Shown piece after piece: positions 39,803 to 50,037 of a stretch of 60,611 nt of DNA; within the stretch, counting starts at the first letter, position 1, and the number at the start of each line of letters is the position of its first letter. Under the pieces are notes generated by a model. That model searched no databases. It was given only the letters and a program-made list of their open reading frames with translations, and was not told where the DNA came from. Origin of the DNA: a virus (lineage: Duplodnaviria; Caudoviricetes); the IMG/VR virus record IMGVR_UViG_3300009788_000014, positions 1-60,611 of that record. The stretch is one strand, 5' to 3'. The translations under genes were made by a program, and so were the position numbers.

Positions 39803-40843
39803 CTAGGGGTCTCCTGCTGCTGTGAAGGGGCGCCCGGTGCGGGCGATGAATGCTGATTCTGCGAGCTTGTGGGCACACTCTGCGGCGTAGGCCTCCACAA
39901 GTGCGGGATCTGGTGGTGTCTCTTTGGCGGGTGGCATGGACGCCTCGACCTTGATCTCGGGCAGAAGTGGACGGGGTGCCTTGAGGGTCTCGACGAGCTC
40001 GCCGATGGCCGCCGCTAGCGGATCTTCCTCAGCTGGGTCATGCGTCTGGGTTCCCTCCGGAGCTTTGGCCGGCGAAAGCTTCGTCACCGCGTCTGCCCCC
40101 ATCTGGAAGAGCTTGAGCCCGGTGGACGGCGCCAGGGTCCGCACGATCGCCTCGGCGGTCGCCAGGTCGACCGCGATGGTGCCGCTCTCTGACCGTCGGT
40201 AGCGCTCGGCCCAGTCGGCCACCGGGCCGCACTCGACGCCGGCCGCCTTCATGCGGAGCATAGCGTCCCGGTTGCTGCCGATCGGCACCAAGGAGATCTC
40301 GAGGAGTTCCTGCTTGGCGAAGTCGATCCCCATGCCCCGCTTGCTCTCTTCCAGCGCCCAGGCCCATTTGGTCGGCATGAACCCGACGGAGCACGAGCCT
40401 CCCCTGTCGCCGAGCGCTTTCTGCTCAAGGCGCCAGTCCAGCATCTGTTTCAGGCTCTGCGCCAGAGGGACAGGCCCGAACTTCATGGTGCTCTGAAGCT
40501 TCTCGTCCTCTACGCCGATGGACGTGGAGACGCCGATGGGGCCCAGGGTCGAGTCGTGAAAGGCGAGCCATACGGGCGAGGTCTTGTAGGCCCGGAGGTC
40601 CCAGCCGGCGGGGCTCAGGATGTCCTTGTCGCGGTCGACGGCGCCGGAGGAGCACGTCCAGTCGTAGACCTGGCCGGCTACCTCGTGCCGGGCCTTGACC
40701 TGGACGTCGTCGCCCTCGAAGTCCCGCAGAACGAGGACGCTCGCGGGGTCGAGGTCAGCGTCCTTCTGGACCGCGGCCCGGAAATCATCGAGGGTCAGAA
40801 GCTGGGGCGCGGAGCGCGCGTCGGGGATGGATAGCTGTCCCAT
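39803..40843 (-). CDS. HK97-family prohead maturation protease
   Basis: SSGAVDRDKD...GWDL..Y...PV.L.FHD...PIG; SVGF; ELLEISLVPIGSN. Confidence 0.9.
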   Translation of the reverse strand: MGQLSIPDARSAPQLLTLDDFRAAVQKDADLDPASVLVLRDFEGDDVQVKARHEVAGQVYDWTCSSGAVDRDKDILSPAGWDLRAYKTSPVWLAFHDSTLGPIGVSTSIGVEDEKLQSTMKFGPVPLAQSLKQMLDWRLEQKALGDRGGSCSVGFMPTKWAWALEESKRGMGIDFAKQELLEISLVPIGSNRDAMLRMKAAGVECGPVADWAERYRRSESGTIAVDLATAEAIVRTLAPSTGLKLFQMGADAVTKLSPAKAPEGTQTHDPAEEDPLAAAIGELVETLKAPRPLLPEIKVEASMPPAKETPPDPALVEAYAAECAHKLAESAFIARTGRPFTAAGDP

Positions 40844-40864
40844 GAGGACGTTGTAGCGCAGGAC

Positions 40865-40893
40865 TTGACGGCGGAAAACATACAAGGTAGCAT
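40865..40893 (+). promoter_or_regulatory. sigma70-like promoter
   Basis: TTGACG-17bp-TAGCAT. Confidence 0.65.
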
Positions 40894-40936
40894 GCACAAA
40901 CCGCAATCCCGCGGGAACCTACCAGGAGAAACCGCG

Positions 40937-41203
40937 ATGGCCAACGTCCCTGCCCCATTTCTGATCGCCATGGGCGACGAGTTAACCGATCGGCTCAGCG
41001 GCTTCGGCGGAGTCGTCACCGCGCGCGCGGAGTACAGCACCGGTTGCAGGCAGTACCTTCTTCAGCCCTGCTCTGACGATCCGAGGAAGTACGCCGAGCC
41101 CCACTGGTTCGATGAAGATCGTCTGACGGCCGCCGCCGCTGAGGACTCGCCGGCGGATTCTGTACTTGGTGGGCCGGCGATCCACGAAGCTCCGCGGCGG
41201 TAG
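40937..41203 (+). CDS. Conserved phage SH3-like hypothetical protein
   Basis: GD...D..SGF.G.VTAR.EY.TGC.QYL.QP....WFDE.RL signature; AGGAG RBS. Confidence 0.75.
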   Translation: MANVPAPFLIAMGDELTDRLSGFGGVVTARAEYSTGCRQYLLQPCSDDPRKYAEPHWFDEDRLTAAAAEDSPADSVLGGPAIHEAPRR

Positions 41204-41207
41204 GCCG

Positions 41208-41480
41208 GTGGCTCTCTTTGCACCGCCGGAGTGCTCCGCCTGCGGCTACGCCGAAGGCGATCCGCTGCCGCCCGGGGCTCAGCTGCGAGCGGCGCGGGAG
41301 CGCAAGGGCTGGACCTTGGAAAACCTCCTCGCCGCCGCCGACTCACCCCGGGACACGTCCTGGCTCTCCAGGGTGGAGCGGCGGCCACGAGGGATCCCGC
41401 GAGACTTCGGGGAGTGGGCAGCGCTCTGCCGGGCCGTTGGACTGGATCCGGCGGAGACGGCCGGAGGAAGCGGGCAATGA
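41208..41480 (+). CDS. XRE-family HTH protein
   Basis: GAQLRAARERKGWTL..L......SWLSRVER. Confidence 0.7.
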   Translation: MALFAPPECSACGYAEGDPLPPGAQLRAARERKGWTLENLLAAADSPRDTSWLSRVERRPRGIPRDFGEWAALCRAVGLDPAETAGGSGQ

Positions 41481-41788
41481 GGCGCCCCCCGGGAGCCCTC
41501 AACGAAGCCCGGGCGGCGCGATGCGTCCCGTGGTGGCGGACATGTGTCGGCTGCGGGTATCAATTCCGGTGGGAAGGTTCGTGGCGCGGCCGGTGGGCCG
41601 TGGACCAATTCCCGAGAGTCTGGCTCCGGCGGTGGGTCTGTAGCGTCTGCGCCGCGACCCGCGCAGACGCTCAGAAGTTCTTCGGCCTCTGGCGCCCGCC
41701 GAGGCCTACCGGGCCACCACCACCCAGCCCTCCGCTACGCCGCATCGGGAGAAGCCCGGGTGGAAGCGCGGGTTTCCACCTCTTCTAG
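41477..41788 (+). CDS. Zinc-finger protein
   Basis: CVGC and CSVC; ATGA coupling. Confidence 0.5.
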   Translation: MRRPPGALNEARAARCVPWWRTCVGCGYQFRWEGSWRGRWAVDQFPRVWLRRWVCSVCAATRADAQKFFGLWRPPRPTGPPPPSPPLRRIGRSPGGSAGFHLF

Positions 41789-43090
41789 GAAGTAGCGATC
41801 GTCGCCGCCGTCGATCGGTCTGAGGCCAGCCGCTGTCCTGACGTCGTTCTCCAGGAAGCCCCGAGGCTCGGCCTTCATCAGCTCCACCCTGTCATCCTCG
41901 GGATCCAGGGGCGGCAGCCGGTAGCCCACGATCCAGTCGCCCTCGTACTCGGGGCGGCCGTTCGGGGGCCGAGGCTCGAAGAAGCGAACCTGGAGCCAGT
42001 TCCGGCGGGACTCGAGGTCCGGCGTCACGCGGTTCGTCCTCACGAATGACTCTGCCTCGCGGGCGGTAGCGCGGTTCGAGCTCTCCGTCTGTCCGATGAT
42101 CGCCGGCGGCACGCGCCAGACCTGGAGGATCGCGTCTCTGCGGTTCTTCTGCCCCTCCTCGACCTGGATGTCAGCGGGGCTGTGCGCCAGGTCTTTGACC
42201 ACGATACCGGCGGTTCCGCCTACGCCCGGCTGGAGCGGCGGGTAGCCCACGAAGTGGGTATAACCGGCGTGGCGCGGACCGCTGTGGGCTCTCCAGGCCG
42301 CCTGGAAGCGCTCATCCTCAGCCGGTCCGAGGCCGGGAGCCATGACCAGCAGACCGGGCCTCGCGTTGTTCCTGAACATCGCCGCCTGATACTGCGCGGC
42401 TGATTCGTTGATCTGGATCTCGTGGTCGAGAGCCCCGGCGACGCCGGAACCGGCTCCATAGAAATCATCCGGGCGGGGCTGTCGGTACCAGGCCACCTCC
42501 TCCGGCGGATAGTCAAAGGCGCCGATCGTGAAGAAGGGCAGCCCGGGGCGCGGCGGGACGAGCCAGAGGGGCGAGACCGGCCACCAACGGACCGGGTGGC
42601 CCAGGGACGGATCGCGGAAGAGCACGTAGGCGAAGGAGCCGAGGAGGTCGAGGACGACACGCTCGAGCTTGTCGACCTCATACCCCGGGAGCTCAATCCA
42701 CGGAGGAGCTCCCTGCGTGCCCGCGGCCATCATTTCGAGGAATGGGTGGTCATTTACCTCCTCGAGGTCTCCTGCCTCGAGGGCAGCGGCCATGAGAGCG
42801 TCCTTCTCCCAGGCCCGGGCCGCCGTGATGCGGCGTCGCGCGCTCGACCTGGTCGGCTTGAGGAGAAACCAACTTGCCGCAGCCTCCCGGGCCGCGATGA
42901 CGTCGCCGGCGAGCCGCACCCACGGGTTCGTTGCCCAGAGGCGCGCGAGGCCGAAGCGCGTACGGCTACCGGCCAGTCCAGTGCCGATCGTTGCGCCGGC
43001 CCCGCCGGCGGCGAGGCTGCTGGCGAGCTCGACCGCCCGGGCATCGTCGAAGGTGGCGGCGGTCAAGGCGCGGGTCAGGGTTTGTAGCAT
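41735..43090 (-). CDS. Portal protein (HK97 family)
   Basis: NPWV, HPF, G.F.Y, F.NNARPG, I...WRVPP..IG....SNRAT, NDVR...GL.PIDGGD. Confidence 0.9.
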   Translation of the reverse strand: MLQTLTRALTAATFDDARAVELASSLAAGGAGATIGTGLAGSRTRFGLARLWATNPWVRLAGDVIAAREAAASWFLLKPTRSSARRRITAARAWEKDALMAAALEAGDLEEVNDHPFLEMMAAGTQGAPPWIELPGYEVDKLERVVLDLLGSFAYVLFRDPSLGHPVRWWPVSPLWLVPPRPGLPFFTIGAFDYPPEEVAWYRQPRPDDFYGAGSGVAGALDHEIQINESAAQYQAAMFRNNARPGLLVMAPGLGPAEDERFQAAWRAHSGPRHAGYTHFVGYPPLQPGVGGTAGIVVKDLAHSPADIQVEEGQKNRRDAILQVWRVPPAIIGQTESSNRATAREAESFVRTNRVTPDLESRRNWLQVRFFEPRPPNGRPEYEGDWIVGYRLPPLDPEDDRVELMKAEPRGFLENDVRTAAGLRPIDGGDDRYFLEEVETRASTRASPDAA

Positions 43091-43437
43091 GGCGTGGTCC
43101 TTCTCGGCCTCTTGCGGGTCTGTCGACTAGAGAATCGATGGGCTTCCGACAGGATCAGCCGCGCGAGGGAGGTTAACGCGGCTTCGTACCAGCTTCCTGG
43201 CCAACCGCACCGCGTGATGCGATGGGCGACGACGATCTCTTCGCCCTCTTCCACGTTGGCGGATTCGTAGCGGAGCTCGACGAGCTCAGTGGCGGGGTGG
43301 TACTCGGCCCCCACGAGCTTCGCGTCACGTGCGAGGCCGCCTGTCACTTCGATGATCTCGTCGGGCGCATAGACGTTTCCCTCGGCCGAGAGCTGCCTGA
43401 GAAGCGGCTCGCTCCATCGGACTGTGCAGGTGTTCAT
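43075..43437 (-). CDS. Hypothetical protein
   Basis: GGAGG RBS, overlaps the portal start. Confidence 0.55.
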   Translation of the reverse strand: MNTCTVRWSEPLLRQLSAEGNVYAPDEIIEVTGGLARDAKLVGAEYHPATELVELRYESANVEEGEEIVVAHRITRCGWPGSWYEAALTSLARLILSEAHRFSSRQTRKRPRRTTPCYKP

Positions 43438-43637
43438 CTCGTGTCCTCCGTTGGCGTTTCAATCCATCTTCGGACACCAAGGTACAGCAGAAGGCTCAGC
43501 GGACGCAAGCCCGGCGCGGCGAGGAAGGCGAGGCCCAGGCCCGTAGGCCAGACCCAGCGCCCCAGGAGCTCAGCCGCACCCCAGGTCACCAGGAGCCAGC
43601 CGGCGAGGGCGCAGAGGAGGTAGGCGCGGTGGGTCAT
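43434..43637 (-). CDS. Small two-TM membrane protein upstream of portal
   Basis: Hydrophobic; a common position for such genes. Confidence 0.55.
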   Translation of the reverse strand: MTHRAYLLCALAGWLLVTWGAAELLGRWVWPTGLGLAFLAAPGLRPLSLLLYLGVRRWIETPTEDTR

Positions 43638-44031
43638 CGTCGGTCTTTTTCGATCGCCTTCAAGATCTCGGCGGTGAGCTCCTCGGCCGAACTGCCGGCC
43701 GGCGTGGACACGTGGCAGGCCGCGGCTACCTCTCGGATCATCCGAAGCGGATCTGAGAACCCGGGCTGCGAGAGCGCTGAGAGTCGCTTCGGGCACCATG
43801 GAGCGCAGCCCCGAAACATAGTGCCGCACTCTGGAGCGTGGGGCGGGGTGCTATCCTTCGTCTGCGGCATGGCTTTGGCCCTCCTGGCTGTGCCGTGGGC
43901 GGTCCGGGCTGGTTCCCGGGCCGCCGTTTTTGATCAAACGGCGACGCCGGGCGTCCCTTCGCCCGCCACGAGCCGCCACTCGGACGCTCCTGGGGCAGGG
44001 TCATGCCTGCCACGCCGCCGCGTTCAGCCTA

Positions 44032-45675
44032 TCACAGATCCTCGATCCGGTTGCCCAGCGCCTGCGGCTGCTCGTCCTCGGCCCCCGGCACGCCACCAAT
44101 GTACCAGTCCCGAGGGAGCGCGGTCGCCAGCGCGTTGAAGAGCACCGCCATCGCATCCGGCAGATCGTCGGCGCCGCCGGGCTCGCCGGTGAAAGCGTGG
44201 AGGCGGTCCCCGGCCGGCTCGTTCCAGTCCCCCTCGAGGAAGTCGACAGCGCCGTAGCCGTCGCCGTCAGGCTCAGGGCACTTGCAGACCCCTTGCGCCT
44301 TGAACATCTCGACGGCCTCGGCGGGCACGATCAGCTGCCGGCATCTCCCGCACCGCGCCGCGGCCTTGCCGGCGTGTTGAAGGGACCGGGAGCGCTTCGG
44401 CTCCCGCTGGCCCGCCAGGTGGACGGTGAAGCCGAGCTTGCGGAGGTCGAGGGCGAGCCGCTCCGAGAACGCCTTGCCGACCGCGGGCTCGTTCGGCAGG
44501 ACCTGCTCGACACCCGGGCCGTCGTCGAGGGCGGTGTCGATGACGAGTTGGGCCAGAAGCGCCGCGGGTGGATCGTACTCCCTCGCGTGCTCCCAGCGCC
44601 ACCGGTCGCTCTCGGTCGGGCCACCCTTCGCCGATGCCGTCTTGTCGGCGCCCCCGGCGTTGAAGTCCCAGCCGCGCCCGATGCGGACTAGCCCCGCCAC
44701 GGGACGCTCGACGTCTGGCGGTCCGGATCGTCCGACGATCCGGAACCACGACCGGCAGAAAACGCCTCCCCCGGCGTCTTCGACCGGGTCTTGCTGGTCC
44801 ACGCAGCGGTGCAGAGCGGGGTTGGAGTGCTTCCGCTCGGCGATGGGAGCCATGAGGCCGTCGTCGTTGCAGAGCGGCTCGCCCACCCTTCTCGGGTCCG
44901 GGATCTCCGTCACGCAGCCCGGTAGGACGACGGAAGACCGCTCCGCGTAGCCCTTGAGCGTCAGGAGATGCCAGTCCTCGAGCCCCTCCGCGCCCAGCCA
45001 CTTGAGTAGCCGCCGGATGAGATCGCCGATGCTCAGGCTCTGCTGGAGGATGATCTGGCCCGGCGGGCCTCCCTCTGGCCGCGCCTGCTTCCGCGACAGG
45101 AAGTCGTCTCGGTACCATTCCCAGGTAGTCGTCTGCGCCAGGCTGCGCTGGGCCTCTGCACGGCTCCGGAAGGGGTCGTCCACGACTCCGAGATCCCATC
45201 CGAAGCCCAGCACGGCGGCACGGATCGTGGACGCCTTGAACGTGCCGTTTGCGGCGGTCTCCCAGAGCTCGACCGCTCTTGAGTCGGCTTTCAGTCGCAC
45301 CCCGGACGCCTCGTGGAGCGCCATCGCCCTCGCGTGCCTGGAGTGGTACTTGACGAGCCCGTCGTCAGCACAGCTGACGAAGACCTTGGATCGCGGCTCG
45401 TTCCGCACCCGGCACGACGACCCGCCTTGGACGACGACCCTTGACTTGAATGACCTGGGGGGCGCCTGTATCGCTAGGCGCTCGATGTCTCCGTCCAGCA
45501 CGCCCTGGCAGGCTTCCGCCATGGCCCCGACGTGCCACCAGTCGAGGTGTGGGCCGGGGTCGACCTCGCGCAGGTGTTGCATGAGGGTGACGGGCTCGGA
45601 CTTCTCGCCGGCGCCCAGCGTCGCCTGGACGTCCCGGATCCACTGGTAGTCCGCCGCGGAGGGCTCAGACGTCAT
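44032..45675 (-). CDS. terL: Terminase large subunit
   Basis: WWH, Walker A PPRSFKS, Walker B VVDDP, nuclease RGWDF..ADKTA and DDLPDA. Confidence 0.9.
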   Translation of the reverse strand: MTSEPSAADYQWIRDVQATLGAGEKSEPVTLMQHLREVDPGPHLDWWHVGAMAEACQGVLDGDIERLAIQAPPRSFKSRVVVQGGSSCRVRNEPRSKVFVSCADDGLVKYHSRHARAMALHEASGVRLKADSRAVELWETAANGTFKASTIRAAVLGFGWDLGVVDDPFRSRAEAQRSLAQTTTWEWYRDDFLSRKQARPEGGPPGQIILQQSLSIGDLIRRLLKWLGAEGLEDWHLLTLKGYAERSSVVLPGCVTEIPDPRRVGEPLCNDDGLMAPIAERKHSNPALHRCVDQQDPVEDAGGGVFCRSWFRIVGRSGPPDVERPVAGLVRIGRGWDFNAGGADKTASAKGGPTESDRWRWEHAREYDPPAALLAQLVIDTALDDGPGVEQVLPNEPAVGKAFSERLALDLRKLGFTVHLAGQREPKRSRSLQHAGKAAARCGRCRQLIVPAEAVEMFKAQGVCKCPEPDGDGYGAVDFLEGDWNEPAGDRLHAFTGEPGGADDLPDAMAVLFNALATALPRDWYIGGVPGAEDEQPQALGNRIEDL

Positions 45676-46959
45676 CAGCTATGCCCCGCGTGGCCTTGCA
45701 GGGGGTCCAGAGGCATCGCGCGCTCGAATCCGCCCCTCGGTCTCCGCGACCGACACACCCCAGCCGGCGAGGTGCGAGCGCTTGGCCTCTCGGCCCCGCG
45801 CCGCCTCATGGGTGACAGGCTTGCCTTGCGGCATGTCGGGGTCCCTTCTCGGCTGTCCGAAGTGGTGGCCCGGGTGGATCCGGGCCTCTGCGCATCCTAC
45901 CACAACGACACCCCGGAAGCAGTGCCGCCCGGACCGAAGCCCATGAACTCGAGAAGCCCCAGGTCCGTGGACGACATGCTGCCCGTGACGAGTTTCTCTT
46001 GAGGAAACGAAATCCAAGAAGTCGTCCCGCAGATCGAGCACCGGATTTCGGACTCTGGCAGTGCGTCCTCGGGCGGCTCCGTATCGCCCGTGTGGTGGCT
46101 TATCCAGATCGTGCGGCCCTGGCCGGTGAAGTGCCAGAGATGGGCGCCGGCGACGGGGCACGACTCCGTCGGCAGAGCGGCGAGGGTCAGCAGGGCCATC
46201 CGAGCGCTCGTTCAATACAGAAGGACGTGGTCTTTGGGCCGATGCCGCTTGACCACCTTACCGCTCGCAAGCAGAATCCAGACGGTGAGCTTGTTCAGGC
46301 ACAAGAGATCGCCGGTCTTCCTGGTGCGGGTCTCCGACGAGCGGGACCCGAAGAGAGCGGAGGCGGTAGCGTTGGTGTCGCCGTTCATTCTGCAAGTGTA
46401 GCAGGCTCAGCGCTCCTTGTCTACCACCTCGCCGCGGGACGCCCGGATGCGTGTGGCGCCTCACGGAGATCCTCATTGGGTTGCGGTGCTGAGATCAACG
46501 GAAACCGAAGTTAATCGGCCGGGTCCAAAAGCTCCGACCCGGCCGGGTTGCTCCGCACTCCTGGCACGCGCCGACATGCCCGCCTAGGACTGCACCGCCC
46601 CCGTCTGGTCTATCGCACCGGCACCACCAATGCCCCCGGTCCCACCAACCTCCCCTCAGCAGCCGGTCCCGCCAACGGCTCGGGTTCGTGTGAATCCGTC
46701 GACGCACAGCGGCCGGCAGCTTTTTCAGCAGGTCGAGCTTGAACAGGATCCACTTGCTTCTCATCCTCACGGCTTCATCCCTTCAACGACGACCGGTCTG
46801 CGAGGGTGGCTGCCCCGGGGACGCGCGCCCCGGGGCAGCCAGTGCGTTGCTTGGAGGCGGAGGTCAAAGTCCGCCAACGCGCTGTCAGTCTACGGCGGGT
46901 CGGTCGATGGCGTCAAGGCGAGGTCGCCATCCACGGCCAGAGAGAACGCGCGTTGACGA

Positions 46960-47694
46960 TCACGCCAGGATCGTCACCTCGACGCCGAGCGCGCTCAGCG
47001 TGGTCGCGATGTTCTGCACGGCGGCGCACTTCCACGAGCCGCCGTCCGCCAGGTGGAACGAGATCCGGGGCTCTCCGCCGCTGGTGTCTATGCGCACGAC
47101 GTACGGGCTCGCGGGCTGCACCGCCTCCGGAAACGTCCTCCAGGGCCGCAGGATCGTGTGGGGCTTCGGCAGCCGCGCCCATGCGGAGGTGCCGCCCCTC
47201 TCCGTCTTGACCCTTTGGGCGACTCCGTCGTCCTCGTAGAGCTCGGACTCCTCGGTCTTGAAGTCGAGGAGGATCTCTCTCGTCTGCTCGTGGCTCTCGT
47301 GCCGGCCATCGATCGGCATCGCCTGGAGGGCGGTGATCGCTTCCGGGAGCGACAGCTGCATGGGATCCGAAAGCGTCCACCGGGACGGATCAAGGGAGCA
47401 CCGGATAGGCGTCTCCCTGTGGCGATGCTCGCCCCTCAGCGGCCCCTCCAGCGTGACGCAGTGCGGACCGTGGACATGGACGACGTGCCGGTCAAGTTCG
47501 AGGTCGTCCCGGTTTTCTTTCAGGTAGGCGGCCACGGCGGCGAGCGTCCAAACGTCGAGCGTTTGGGGTAGCGGATCGGGTGGCATCCGAGGCGCCCTGA
47601 ACACGGGACGGCTGAAGGCGGGCGCCTGGTCCGGCTCAAACCTCCTCGTGGTGGTGGACTCGACGAGGTACTGCAGGGCATCTTTCTGGATCAT
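46960..47694 (-). CDS. Conserved phage protein (partner of the upstream gene)
   Basis: DDGVAQ.V..., L.PWRTF.E..QP.S.Y..R, L..ADGG.W....V..I signature. Confidence 0.75.
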   Translation of the reverse strand: MIQKDALQYLVESTTTRRFEPDQAPAFSRPVFRAPRMPPDPLPQTLDVWTLAAVAAYLKENRDDLELDRHVVHVHGPHCVTLEGPLRGEHRHRETPIRCSLDPSRWTLSDPMQLSLPEAITALQAMPIDGRHESHEQTREILLDFKTEESELYEDDGVAQRVKTERGGTSAWARLPKPHTILRPWRTFPEAVQPASPYVVRIDTSGGEPRISFHLADGGSWKCAAVQNIATTLSALGVEVTILA

Positions 47695-48044
47695 GAGACG
47701 GGCTCTCCTTGGGTCGTGTCGAAACTGGTCTGGTGTGGGTCGTGCTCAAAGACGAGGATCGAGCCTCCCCGGTTCATGGCGTGGATTTTGGAGAATCGTG
47801 GCGTCCGCTTGGCCAGCTTCGCTTCGCACTTGTCGATCGCGTACCGCGCAAGATCGCGGTCCCCGTCAGGCCTGAAGACGAGCCTGACGTCGATGTAGCG
47901 CAGAGAATCGGCGGGCTTGTTGGGGTCGTTGATGTCGGCGAAGATCTCCGCGAGGCATGCCTGGAAGCGCTCCTCGAGGGCTCCGTCCTTGAGCGTGCTG
48001 AGTGTCAGATCGGGGGCGATGTCTACGGTCTCGGTCTCGGTCAC
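47691..48044 (-). CDS. Conserved phage protein (often annotated replication terminator-like)
   Basis: GAL.ERF...L..I..DI.DPN.....R.I...L.F.P..DR. Confidence 0.7.
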   Translation of the reverse strand: MTETETVDIAPDLTLSTLKDGALEERFQACLAEIFADINDPNKPADSLRYIDVRLVFRPDGDRDLARYAIDKCEAKLAKRTPRFSKIHAMNRGGSILVFEHDPHQTSFDTTQGEPVS

Positions 48045-48055
48045 GGGTTGTCTCC

Positions 48056-48265
48056 TTAGTTGGGGTCGATAGGTGTGCCGTCAGTGGCGAAATGGGCCGG
48101 TAGCCACTCCCTGAGCGCCTCGGTGACAAGTTCGTAGCTGAAGCATCTATTCGCCGCGGCCGCGTTCCTCAGGTGAAGATAGATGGGCTCCGGCAGGGTG
48201 ATGGTGGTACGGACGGGGTCTGGTTCGGGTTCGAGGTCGGGGGCTGGCCGGTATTTCCTGCTCAT
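48056..48265 (-). CDS. Ribbon-helix-helix protein
   Basis: RTTITLPE.IY..L...A........LVTEALREWL. Confidence 0.7.
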   Translation of the reverse strand: MSRKYRPAPDLEPEPDPVRTTITLPEPIYLHLRNAAAANRCFSYELVTEALREWLPAHFATDGTPIDPN

Positions 48266-48507
48266 GGCTCTTCCGTGGCGAAGACCGATTCGAGGCCGGC
48301 GAAGGTCTCGCGGTCTGCCACGCGGTAGACCTGGGCGCGGCCCAGGCTCGGCGGGAGGTTGGCAGGCGCGCGCCCTTCGGGGACGCGGACGGTTCGGTGG
48401 ATTGTGACTCTGAGGGTGCCTACGGTGATCGTCATCGCTTCCTCCTTGGCGGTACCGAGACTTCAGCGCCCCGGTATCGCGATACTACCGCACCGCGATG
48501 CCAGCCG

Positions 48508-50037
48508 TCAAGTCCACAGGCTCCCCTGCCGCGGGTCCTCGTCGAGGAGGTTCCCGATCGGCGCCGTCGTCTGCCCCTCGGCGATCGGGCGCCAGTACTC
48601 GGCTCGCCGGCGGTTCACCTCCACCCACTGCGCGCTCTGCTCGATCGCCACCACGTGCGGCCAGCCGGCCAGCATCGCGCCGATGTCCTCGGAGCCGCTG
48701 CCGCTGAAGGGGACCAGGACCTTCGCGTCGGGACCGGGCTGCAGCAGGAGCTTGGCCAGGTAGCGGGTGAGCTCGAGGCTCTTGATCGACCCGTGAGGAT
48801 TGCCCAGGGGCGAGCCGTCCTTCTCGCGGGCGTAGTCGTCGGCCTCGCTGCACAGCTCCCAGCCGTCGGGGTGGCCGGGCGCGCGGCGCCAGAAGAGGCC
48901 TTCGCAGCCCGCGGAGCGCTCCCGGCGGGCGGGGCGGGCTTGGAAGTAGTAGCGCGAAGGATCCGAGGGCGCCCCTTTGTCCGCGTAGTAGGTCACGCGC
49001 CTTCGCCCTGATCGCTTTCCCTCGGTCAAAGGGAAAAAACCTTGGACGTTTTGCTCCGGGCCAAGGCTGCCACCACGCCCAGGACGATGGACTCCCGCCC
49101 GTTCCCCCTGCTCCTTGAGCACGGCCGCCGGGCACTCGGGGACGCAGCGATCCGGGTGGCAGTCGGGGGAGTGCTCGAGGAGGACCGTGGACGGGTAGCG
49201 CCCGTTTGGGGAGTAGCCCGAGACCTGCTTCGCGACGCCGGGATCGCCACCGGTAAGGCCGCGCCCGTGGCCGAAGCCCACTACGCCGGAATGAATCGCC
49301 GCCAGGGCCGCGTCATCCTCCGCCCCCGCGGTCGGCACCCTCCCCCCCTCGACGTCAAAACCCGCCACGCCCCACCGCGCCGCGTTCTCCGCGAGGGTCC
49401 CGTCGAAGGGCTTGACCCCCACGCATATGGGTTCCCAGTTGCCGCGCAGGCGGCTGGCGTGACCGTCCCAGAGCTTGGCGAGGGGTGTGGCGGGGGCGGT
49501 GATGTCGCAGCTACTCGTCTCGACCGTGCCGCGGCCCGGAAGGCTTTGATATCGGCTGGGATTCTGGTTTCTCCCATCCTTCGCGACCCCGGGCAATCCG
49601 AGACGGCTTCCCACCACCTCCCGCTCGGCCCCAGCCGCCTTGTCAGCCAGCTTGCCCACGTTGCCGCCGTGGGCTTGAGCTTCTGCGTGGAGCCACGCGA
49701 AGGCCGGCAGGATCTCGAAGCCGCCGAAGCGCATCGCGATGTCCTGGAGCCCGAAGGTGCGGTCTCCGCCGAAGGCGATCACCGTGGCGCCCGGGCGCAT
49801 GACGCGGAGGAGCTCGCGCCAGAACCGCGGCCCCGGCGGCATGCCGTCCCAGGTGCGTCCGAGAAATCCCCGACGCCCTCTCGGCTCTTCCCCGGCGAGC
49901 CACGCGGTGATCAGCTCCGGCGGCGGGTCGTCGCTAAGGCCGTAGGGAGTGTCTGCCAGGCATGCGTGGAACGTGTTGTCCTCGAACTGCGCGAGCGCCT
50001 CCGGGAGTACGCCCACCTGGAGGTCAAGATTCATCAA
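48508..50037 (-). CDS. N6-adenine/N4-cytosine DNA methyltransferase (beta class), variant motifs
   Basis: DTPYGL (motif IV), W.ELLRV.RPG, GRYP..V, VLVPFSGSGS (motif I). Confidence 0.85.
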   Translation of the reverse strand: MMNLDLQVGVLPEALAQFEDNTFHACLADTPYGLSDDPPPELITAWLAGEEPRGRRGFLGRTWDGMPPGPRFWRELLRVMRPGATVIAFGGDRTFGLQDIAMRFGGFEILPAFAWLHAEAQAHGGNVGKLADKAAGAEREVVGSRLGLPGVAKDGRNQNPSRYQSLPGRGTVETSSCDITAPATPLAKLWDGHASRLRGNWEPICVGVKPFDGTLAENAARWGVAGFDVEGGRVPTAGAEDDAALAAIHSGVVGFGHGRGLTGGDPGVAKQVSGYSPNGRYPSTVLLEHSPDCHPDRCVPECPAAVLKEQGERAGVHRPGRGGSLGPEQNVQGFFPLTEGKRSGRRRVTYYADKGAPSDPSRYYFQARPARRERSAGCEGLFWRRAPGHPDGWELCSEADDYAREKDGSPLGNPHGSIKSLELTRYLAKLLLQPGPDAKVLVPFSGSGSEDIGAMLAGWPHVVAIEQSAQWVEVNRRRAEYWRPIAEGQTTAPIGNLLDEDPRQGSLWT

